Shown here piece after piece: positions 1 through 7,069 of a DNA stretch of 21,565 nucleotides (position 1 is its first letter; every line of letters starts with the position of its first letter). The notes below the pieces were generated by a model that saw nothing but the letters and a program-made list of their open reading frames with translations, was not told where the DNA came from and did no database searches. Origin of the DNA: an uncultured Acidobacteriota bacterium (GTDB lineage Bacteria; Acidobacteriota; Polarisedimenticolia; J045); the NCBI GenBank assembly GCA_963702425.1, contig CAVPCQ010000002.1, positions 1-21,565 on the forward strand. The letters are read 5' to 3'. The position numbers and the translations under genes were made by a program.

Positions 1-288
1 GGCGGCGGCGGGTCGTTCGCGGGGCTCACTTACGAACTCATGGATTCGAGTTTCTCGGATCGCATGCCGTTGGCTGAGACGGCCGACCTGCGCGAGACGC
101 CGGCCGGAGCCGCCGCGGCTTCGGGCGGTTCACGTTGTTTCGCGACTGCCTCTCGGAACGACTGTGGGGACGAGAGCCCGTGAGCGCTCGGCCTGATCGG
201 TCCCACTCGTCCGCGCGAAGCTAAACGAACCGGGTCCGTCAGTAATCCAGATGCGGATTTCCTCTTTACCAATCAGCAATTTTCTGAC

Positions 289-317
289 TTCAAAACCGGA
301 GCTGATAGCCGTATAAC
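289..317 (+). promoter_or_regulatory. Putative sigma70-type promoter for the 371-5392 operon
   Basis: TTCAAA (289-294), 17-nt spacer, TATAAC (312-317) in a locally AT-rich patch. Strong RBS GGAGGAGAGG (359-368) lies just before ATG 371. Confidence 0.5.
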
Positions 318-370
318 TCCGTAACCCGCCGGGCTGAGGGGCCTGCGCCGGGGTCTCTGGAGGAGAGGTC

Positions 371-2449
371 ATGATCTGCACTTGTAGGCGCGCGGCGTGG
401 CTCGCCGCGGTGGTCGTCGTCGTGCTCGCCGCGTGTCCGGCCGCGTTCGCGCAGCAGTTTCCGTTCGGCGTGAAGATCGAGAAGGTCCTCGACAACACGG
501 CCGAGTTGGGCGAGATCGTGCAGGCCCCGACCGGCGAGCTGTGGTTGCTCGAGCGCGCCACCGGCACGATACGGGTCTTCACCAACGGCAAGCAGAGCAC
601 CACGCTCGGGATCCCGGTGACCAGCACCTGCCAGGCCGGACTCCTCGACGCCGCGTTCGCGCCCGACTACGCGTCGAGCGGGGTGGCATTCGTCTCGTAC
701 GTGGACGTCAGCGGCAAGCTCCGCGTCGACCGGGTGCTGCGCAACGGGACTGCGCTCTCCCTGGGCTCGATGGTCCTCGATCTCGGCGCGGTGCTCGACA
801 CCTGCCGCCCGGGCGGCGGCCTGCAGCTCGGCAAGGACGGGAAGCTCTTCGTCTCCACGGGCGACCTGGGTGCGTCCGGCAACGCGCAGGCCGACAGCCA
901 CACTTCGGGCAAGGTGCTGCGCGCCAACCTCGACGGCACCGTTCCGGGCGACAACCCGTCGGGCAGCCTGGTCTGGTCCAAGGGCTATCGCAACAGCGCA
1001 GGGCTCGCCTACAACCCGGACACTGCGCGGGCCGCCGGGACCTTCTATGTCAGCGACGTCGGCGCCACCTCCGGCGCGATCGCTTCAGACGAAATCAACG
1101 TGGTCACGCCGTCCGGCAATCACGCCTGGGACATGGGCTCCGGCATGTACGGGAACGGGACCAACGACCCGCTGGTCGCCTGGGGTACCAGCGCCCTCGT
1201 CAACCCCGACTCGGTGACCGTGCTGCGCACCCCCAAGTTCGGTACGGCGCACCAGAACGCGCTGATCGTCGCCGCACCGACGAACACCACGACCGTCAGG
1301 GGCAAGGTACGCGAGATCACGCTGACCGGCTCGGAACTGGCGACGCTCGGCCAGTCGAAGTCGTTCTTCGACCCGGTGCTCGAGATGGACGGCACCGCGG
1401 ACCCGCAGTGTCCGTCGCGGATCAACGCGGTGACGATGGCGGGCGACGGCTGGCTCTATTCGTCGAACCTTGGGACCAACCCCGCGATCTGGCGCTTCTG
1501 GTACGACGCGCCGGGCGCACGCGAGGTCTCGTCCACCGGTTCGCCCTTCCCGCTGACGGTTCAGCGCAACGGATCGCAGCTCGACTTCGGCTGGGAGAAC
1601 CTGGGCGCGATCGACGCCGGACGCACCAAGCGCTTCGCAACCGGCCAGCGCGCCGAGGCCTACCGGATCTTCGAGGGGACGCTGCCGATCGCGGGCGGCG
1701 CCTACAACCACGCCGGCGTGCTGTCCACCAACGGCACGGCGGACGGTCTGGTGCGGCTCACCGCGACGCTCGCGGCACCGGGCGCCGGGAACCGCTACTA
1801 CCTGATCGGTGCGCAGAACGACAACCTCGAGGGGACGCTCGGAGCCGCCAGCAGCGGCACGGCCCGGACCGTTCCCGGAACGAAGGACTACTGCGACGTG
1901 ATCGGACGCGGCAAGGTGACTGGTGTCTGCGCCCGCGACTTCCAGAACGAGACGACCGGGGCGCCGCTCCGGCTGAAGGACTACAACCCGAAGTCGCCGA
2001 CCTACGGCCAAACCTTCAGCCTGGCTGACTTCCGCGGGAAGGTCATCAAGCTGGCGCTGACCTCGGAGAACTGCTACTGGTGCGAGCGCGAGGCGGAAGA
2101 AGAGGGCACGGTGGACAAGCAGTACCGCGACCGCGACTACCTCTTCGTCTCCGTCTTCACGCTCGACTACGGCATCTGGCACGTCCCATCGAGCGAGGCG
2201 GACTGCCAGACGCGCATCACCAACTGGGCCAACGCCTGGAACACGGCCTCGATCATGTTGTGCGACGTGGACGCCAACGGCGACGGCTACGGCGACATCT
2301 CGAACTGGTACGACCAGTGCAACTGCGCGCCGCAGAACTTCTACATCGACCAGGGCGGAGTCATCTTCAACAGGGTCGAGGGTGCCCAGTTCAGCGCCGA
2401 CGTGATTGCGAACATCAGTTCCGAAGTGAACGCTCCGAGCTGCGACTGA
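371..2449 (+). CDS. Exported GSDH (PQQ sugar dehydrogenase-like) beta-propeller protein fused to a beta-sandwich module and a C-terminal TlpA/AhpC-TSA-like redoxin domain
   Basis: Signal peptide (lipobox-like LAAC and SPase I-like AFA-QQ). GSDH-like motifs GLLDAAFAPDY, GGGLQLGKDGKLFVSTGD, GKVLRANLDGTVPGDNP, KGYRN, DEINVV and GNHAWD. C-terminal SLADFRGKVI...CYWC...PQNFYIDQGGVI is a thioredoxin-fold signature. Strong RBS. Confidence 0.85.
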   Translation: MICTCRRAAWLAAVVVVVLAACPAAFAQQFPFGVKIEKVLDNTAELGEIVQAPTGELWLLERATGTIRVFTNGKQSTTLGIPVTSTCQAGLLDAAFAPDYASSGVAFVSYVDVSGKLRVDRVLRNGTALSLGSMVLDLGAVLDTCRPGGGLQLGKDGKLFVSTGDLGASGNAQADSHTSGKVLRANLDGTVPGDNPSGSLVWSKGYRNSAGLAYNPDTARAAGTFYVSDVGATSGAIASDEINVVTPSGNHAWDMGSGMYGNGTNDPLVAWGTSALVNPDSVTVLRTPKFGTAHQNALIVAAPTNTTTVRGKVREITLTGSELATLGQSKSFFDPVLEMDGTADPQCPSRINAVTMAGDGWLYSSNLGTNPAIWRFWYDAPGAREVSSTGSPFPLTVQRNGSQLDFGWENLGAIDAGRTKRFATGQRAEAYRIFEGTLPIAGGAYNHAGVLSTNGTADGLVRLTATLAAPGAGNRYYLIGAQNDNLEGTLGAASSGTARTVPGTKDYCDVIGRGKVTGVCARDFQNETTGAPLRLKDYNPKSPTYGQTFSLADFRGKVIKLALTSENCYWCEREAEEEGTVDKQYRDRDYLFVSVFTLDYGIWHVPSSEADCQTRITNWANAWNTASIMLCDVDANGDGYGDISNWYDQCNCAPQNFYIDQGGVIFNRVEGAQFSADVIANISSEVNAPSCD

Positions 2450-2456
2450 CGATCTC

Positions 2457-4592
2457 ATGAGAAGAACGCTCTCCGGCCCCCGCGCGCAACGCCGCGCGCG
2501 GGGGTTCTTCCTGCTTGCACTGCTCGTGTCAGCACTCCTGCCGGCCCTGGGGCAGGAGCCGCCGCCGGCTCCGCCGCCGCCGGATACGCCGCCCGCGACA
2601 TCGCCCCCGGCGACACCGACGCCGGCCGACGACGAGGACACCGTACAGCTCGACCAGACGGCGGGCTCGGTCGTCGGAGGCCTGCAGGGGCAGGCCGGCG
2701 TGCGGGTGCAGACGATGTGCACCCACTGCAACTCCGCGAACGTCCAGCTCGGTGGACTGTCGCAGGACCTGGTGCCGATCTTCTACGGGCCGTACCCGCT
2801 GATCGGTGGCCTCGCCGTCTCGTACGTTCTGAACATGCTCCCGCCGGACTCGGTGGCGGAGGCCAAGGTCACCCGCGGCCCAGGCGAGGCGATCGAGCCG
2901 GCCACGGCCGCGGGGGGTGTCATCACCTTCGTACCGGCGACCCCGAAGGAACTGCCCTGGCTGATGTTCGAACCGGAAATCGGTTCGTTCAACCGCTGGG
3001 ACGCGACGCTCCGCGCGGCCGGTCCGATCACGAGCTGGCTCGCCGGATCGCTGACGCTCGCGAGGGAAGAGGCCGACCCGGTGGACGGCGACAGCGATGG
3101 GTGGGTGGACGCGGCCGGCGTCGATCGCTTCGTCGGGGCGGCCTACCTGGAGGCCCGGACGAAGGACCGGAAGAACAAGTTCGACTTCGGCGGCTCGACC
3201 ATCGACGAGACCGACTGGGGCGGGCGAGGGGCGTTCGACGTGAGCGCCTTCCTGAAGGAGTTCGGGCAGGGGAAGTTCGTTCCGGCGTGGACCCGGGAGG
3301 ATGCCGACTTCACGCGAGACCAGTACCAGGCGGGCTGGTCGTGGCTGGGAGACGATGGGGGAAGGGTGTCGCTGCACGCGTTGCGGGCGGCGCGCGACCA
3401 GACGGTCTTCTCTCAGAACACCGCGAGACAGGATGTGCCGGCGGAGCGGCGGCGCCTCGAGCCACGCTACGTGATCGACGAGACCGACTGGTGGGGCAAG
3501 CTGAAGTGGGACCAGCCCTGGGGACTCGATTGGAGCACCTCGATGGGGATCGACTCGTACTACCAGTACGTCTCGGCCCTCGACCTCGGCGGATCCAGCT
3601 TCGAGAAGCCCGAGCCGGTGGCCGACTGGGTCAAGATGTGGGGCGGATTCGCGCAGGCGAACTGGACCCCCTCCGGATCGCGCTGGGGGGCGAGTATCGG
3701 CGCGCGCTACGACACCGACGAGAACTACGGCTCGGCTTTCGAGCCGCGCGCGACGCTCTTCTTCTACCCGGCGCGCGGCTGGACGATGCGCCTGCTGGCG
3801 GGACGCACCTTCCGGCCGCCGACCCCGATCTTCAGCGAAGTCTGCTGCGGGCAGCGCTACTTCCCCAATTTCGAGACCGGCGTCACCGGCGAGACCGCCT
3901 GGACCTACGGCTTCGAGGGGATCTACCAGCCGAGCCCGACCTTCCGGGTCTCGCTCTACCTCGCGCAGACCGACTTCGACAACTACATCCTGCGCCTCGC
4001 CGCCCAGAGTCAGCTCTACGTCCAGGCCTACGCGAACGCGAACATCCCCAGCGCGCGCTCGCAGGTCGCGGAGCTCGTGGCGCGCTGGACGCCGATCCCG
4101 GCGCTGACGTTCGACGCCAGCTACGGGATCCTGTCGTTCCACAACACCGGCGACGAGTTGGTGACGATCCGCTACAACCCCTTCTCGAGCACAGAGATCG
4201 AGGAGGATCAGCGTCCGATCGACCAGGTCCCCTACCGGCCGGAGGACACGGGTTCCTTCGGGGTGAACTGGACCATCGCGCCCCGGCTCAGCGTCCTGCT
4301 GCAGGCGACCTACACGGGATCCCAGTTGATCCAGCAGTTCGAGAAGCTCGAACCCCCGCGGGTCACCGCGGACAATCTTCTGCTGGACGACCTGCGCGAG
4401 GTGCCGTCCTTCTGGCTGCTCAACTTCTCGCTCGCCGCGCCGCTGTCGCCGGGTTTCGAGGTCGTCGCCGGGATCGACAACATCAACGACTACGTCCAGG
4501 AGGACCTGGGCGACCCGACGCGCGACTACAACTGGGGTCCGTTGACCGGGACCTCCTACTGGTTCGGCGTGCGCATCGCGCTCAACCGGTGA
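2457..4592 (+). CDS. TonB-dependent outer-membrane receptor with a CxxC motif in the plug
   Basis: Signal peptide, Pro-rich linker, plug-like GVRVQTMCTHCNSANVQLGGL...VTRGPG...AAGGVITF. Barrel strands with typical motifs (GARYD, GRTFRPPT, GIDNIND) and terminal WGPLTGTSYWFGVRI. Starts 7 nt after the previous stop. Confidence 0.9.
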   Translation: MRRTLSGPRAQRRARGFFLLALLVSALLPALGQEPPPAPPPPDTPPATSPPATPTPADDEDTVQLDQTAGSVVGGLQGQAGVRVQTMCTHCNSANVQLGGLSQDLVPIFYGPYPLIGGLAVSYVLNMLPPDSVAEAKVTRGPGEAIEPATAAGGVITFVPATPKELPWLMFEPEIGSFNRWDATLRAAGPITSWLAGSLTLAREEADPVDGDSDGWVDAAGVDRFVGAAYLEARTKDRKNKFDFGGSTIDETDWGGRGAFDVSAFLKEFGQGKFVPAWTREDADFTRDQYQAGWSWLGDDGGRVSLHALRAARDQTVFSQNTARQDVPAERRRLEPRYVIDETDWWGKLKWDQPWGLDWSTSMGIDSYYQYVSALDLGGSSFEKPEPVADWVKMWGGFAQANWTPSGSRWGASIGARYDTDENYGSAFEPRATLFFYPARGWTMRLLAGRTFRPPTPIFSEVCCGQRYFPNFETGVTGETAWTYGFEGIYQPSPTFRVSLYLAQTDFDNYILRLAAQSQLYVQAYANANIPSARSQVAELVARWTPIPALTFDASYGILSFHNTGDELVTIRYNPFSSTEIEEDQRPIDQVPYRPEDTGSFGVNWTIAPRLSVLLQATYTGSQLIQQFEKLEPPRVTADNLLLDDLREVPSFWLLNFSLAAPLSPGFEVVAGIDNINDYVQEDLGDPTRDYNWGPLTGTSYWFGVRIALNR

Positions 4593-4600
4593 GGGGAACG

Positions 4601-5392
4601 ATGACGAAGATCGTGTCGAGAGATCGGACAGTTCGCGGGCGCGCGGCGCTCGGCGCGGCGCTCGCTCTCCTCCTGGCGTCGCTCCCGCTCGCGGCCGAGC
4701 CCGGCCCCGAGCCGGCGTGGATCGAAGACGCCGGCACCGGGCTGGCCCAGGCCGGCAAGGACGGCAAGCCGATCCTCGTCGACATCTGGGCGGTCTGGTG
4801 CGCTCCCTGCAAGGAAATGGACCGCACCACGTATCGCGACGCGAAGGTCCTGGCCGGGATGTCGGGCTTCGTGCCGCTCAAGGTCGACGCCGACCGCGCC
4901 AAGACCTTCATCGAACGCTACCAGATCGAAGTCTTCCCCACGGTGCTGTTCCTCGACGAGAAGGGGAAGGAGATCTCGCGGTTGCTGGGCTTCATCGGCG
5001 CCGAGGAGATGATTCAGCGGCTGGGGACGGTCGCCGACGGCTACGCGGGGTACCGCGAAACGCTGGCTGCCGGCAACGATCCGGCGGCCCAAGCGAAGGC
5101 CGGACGCTACCTGCTCGCGGCCGGCAACGGCAGCGACGCGAAGCGACTGCTCGAAAAGGCGCTCAGGAAGGCGCCGGCGACGGAGCGCGAGGCCCTCGAG
5201 CTGGACCTCGCGCGCGCGGAACTCGCGGTCGGCGACTCGAAGCAGGCGGCGGAGCGCTTCGCAGTCCTTGCTGACAACGGCTCGTCGCGCGAGGTGAAAG
5301 CGGCCGCGCTCGAGGGGCTGGCGTCCGCAGAAGAGCAGCGCGGGCGTGCCGGTGCGGCGCTGAACGCCAGGGAACGGTTGAGGAAGCTGTAG
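4601..5392 (+). CDS. Exported thioredoxin-family protein with a C-terminal TPR-like helical region
   Basis: RBS GAGGGG then ATG 4601 (the track's 2717 start is a shadow extension). Signal peptide, KPILVDIWAVWCAPCKEM, cis-Pro loop FPTVLFLD, then Ala/Leu-rich helical repeats. Confidence 0.88.
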   Translation: MTKIVSRDRTVRGRAALGAALALLLASLPLAAEPGPEPAWIEDAGTGLAQAGKDGKPILVDIWAVWCAPCKEMDRTTYRDAKVLAGMSGFVPLKVDADRAKTFIERYQIEVFPTVLFLDEKGKEISRLLGFIGAEEMIQRLGTVADGYAGYRETLAAGNDPAAQAKAGRYLLAAGNGSDAKRLLEKALRKAPATEREALELDLARAELAVGDSKQAAERFAVLADNGSSREVKAAALEGLASAEEQRGRAGAALNARERLRKL

Positions 5393-5463
5393 CCAGGCCC
5401 CGCGCCGCGGCCGGCCCGCTGCGGCAGTCCGGCACCGCCCGTGACCGAACGGTGATCATCGCG

Positions 5464-5472
5464 TGGTACAAC
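5464..5472 (+). promoter_or_regulatory. Possible extended -10 promoter element for the radical SAM gene
   Basis: TGgTACAAC (TGn plus a -10-like hexamer) about 25 nt upstream of ATG 5498, followed by a GAGGG RBS. Confidence 0.35.
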
Positions 5473-5497
5473 AACCTCGAGCCTCGAGGGCCGTACC

Positions 5498-7066
5498 ATG
5501 CGGGCGTTGCTCGTCAACCCGGCCGTTCCGGACGCCTACTGGACCGGACGCGCATCGCTTCCCTTCGCTAGGCGACGCGCCCTCCTGCCGCCGTTGGGAC
5601 TGATCACCGTCGCGGCCCTGCTGCCGCCCAGCTGGAAGTGCCGGCTCGTCGACATGAACGTCGAGCCGCTCCGCGACGCCGAAATCGCCGCCGCGGACGT
5701 GGTCCTGGTCACCGGGATGCTGGTCCAGCGCGAGTCGATGCAGCAGGTCCTCCTCCGCTGCCGCGCGCTGGGTGTGCGTACGCTCGTCGGCGGACCATAT
5801 GCGACGGCGCTTCCCGGCGAGCTGGCGGCCGCGGATCACATCGTGCTGGGCGAGGCCGAGGAACTGGTCCCGCACGTCGCCGCCGCGCTGGAGCTGCGTG
5901 ACGCCGCGCGCATCTACCGCGAGGAGCGGAAGCCGGACCTCGCCGCCGCACCGGTGCCCCGCTTCGACCTGCTGGCTCGCAAGGCCTACCACCAGGCGGC
6001 GCTGCAGTTCTCGCGCGGCTGCCCGCACCGCTGCGAGTTCTGCGACATCGTCAGCCTGTTCGGCCACACGCCGCGCGTCAAGTCGCCGCCGCAGGTGGTG
6101 GCGGAGCTCGACGCGATCCGGGCGACCGGCTTCGCGGGAGACGTCTTCTTCGTCGACGACAACTTCATCGGCAACCGGAAGGCCGTTCGCTCGCTGTTGC
6201 CGCAGATCTCCGCCTGGCGCCGCCGGACCGGCGCCCGGCTGGGCTTCTACACCGAGGCCAGCATGGACCTCGCGGAGGACCCGGAGCTCGTCGACTCGAT
6301 GGTCGACGCCGGCTTCTCGGCCGTCTTCCTCGGGATCGAGACCCCCAATCCCGACGCCCTGCGCGAGACCGGAAAGCGGCAGAACCTCGAGGGCGACCCG
6401 ATCTCGCGCATCCACACGCTGCTTTCCCGGGGACTCGACGTGTGGGGCGGTTTCATCCTCGGCTTCGACAGCGACGGCCCCGACATCTTCGACCGGATGG
6501 TCGACTTCGTCCGGCGCGCGGCGATTCCGTACGCGATGGTCGGACTGCTCGGCGCGCCGCCAGGGACCGCGCTCTGGAAGCGGCTGAAGCGCGAGGGGCG
6601 GCTGCGGACGGGGACCGCGTTCGAGGGTGGCGACCAGTTCGGCCTCACGAACGTGATCAGCCGCCTGCCGGCCGAGCAGTTGCTCGAGGGGTACCACCGC
6701 GTGATGGACGCGCTCTACGCCCCGGCCGCCTACTTCCAGCGCTGTCGCGACAACCTCGGGCGCTGGAACGGTCGCCATGCCGGCGCGCGCCGCGTCTCGA
6801 TCGCCGAGCTGCGCTCGGGACTGCGCGCGGTGATCGCCCAGGGTTTCCGAGGCCGCTACCGGCGCGAGTACTGGCGCTTTCTCGGCTGGGCCGCGGCCCA
6901 CCAGCCCCGCAAGCTGGCGACCGCGATCCGGCACGCCGCAGCGGGCCACCACTACATCACGTACACCCGCGAGACCGTGCTGCCGGCGCTCGAGCGGACG
7001 CGCGCGGAGCTGATGGCTGCCGCGGCCTCAGCCGGGCGCCGGTGTCCCGAGCCTCCTGCCGCGTGA
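5498..7066 (+). CDS. Cobalamin-binding radical SAM protein (DUF4070-type; probable class B methyltransferase)
   Basis: N-terminal PPLGLITVAALLP and VGGPYAT B12-binding motifs, SRGCPHRCEFC (CxxxCxxC), FFVDDNFIGN, FLGIETP, GGFILGFDSD, and a C-terminal YRREYWRFL...GHHY extension. Confidence 0.92.
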   Translation: MRALLVNPAVPDAYWTGRASLPFARRRALLPPLGLITVAALLPPSWKCRLVDMNVEPLRDAEIAAADVVLVTGMLVQRESMQQVLLRCRALGVRTLVGGPYATALPGELAAADHIVLGEAEELVPHVAAALELRDAARIYREERKPDLAAAPVPRFDLLARKAYHQAALQFSRGCPHRCEFCDIVSLFGHTPRVKSPPQVVAELDAIRATGFAGDVFFVDDNFIGNRKAVRSLLPQISAWRRRTGARLGFYTEASMDLAEDPELVDSMVDAGFSAVFLGIETPNPDALRETGKRQNLEGDPISRIHTLLSRGLDVWGGFILGFDSDGPDIFDRMVDFVRRAAIPYAMVGLLGAPPGTALWKRLKREGRLRTGTAFEGGDQFGLTNVISRLPAEQLLEGYHRVMDALYAPAAYFQRCRDNLGRWNGRHAGARRVSIAELRSGLRAVIAQGFRGRYRREYWRFLGWAAAHQPRKLATAIRHAAAGHHYITYTRETVLPALERTRAELMAAAASAGRRCPEPPAA

Positions 7067-7069
7067 CGA

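Noticed and set aside
1-370. Cobalamin or c-di-GMP riboswitch, small ORFs (30-272, 130-627), or the start of a divergent gene upstream of the TonB operon
   Set aside because: No B12-box or GEMM consensus recognisable on either strand. The small ORFs lack motifs, and a possible minus-strand GTG at 29 has too little sequence to support.
2447-2449. Selenocysteine read-through of the TGA after ...PSCD
   Set aside because: The domain is already complete, the next gene starts 7 nt later in another frame, and I see no convincing SECIS.
2718-2729. c-type heme-binding motif in the receptor (also considered for CYWC, CPHC and CKLC elsewhere)
   Set aside because: None is followed directly by His, so none is CxxCH.
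2717-4600. Apparent 891-aa protein with a long N-terminal extension on the thioredoxin
   Set aside because: The extension overlaps the TonB receptor in another frame and has shadow composition; RBS and signal peptide define the start at 4601.
5393-5450. Intrinsic terminator after the thioredoxin gene
   Set aside because: GC-rich pairing is possible but there is no U-tract and no clean stem.
5498-7066. Naming the radical SAM gene hpnP
   Set aside because: The architecture is shared by many non-HpnP proteins and there is no hopanoid context; a phylogeny is needed.
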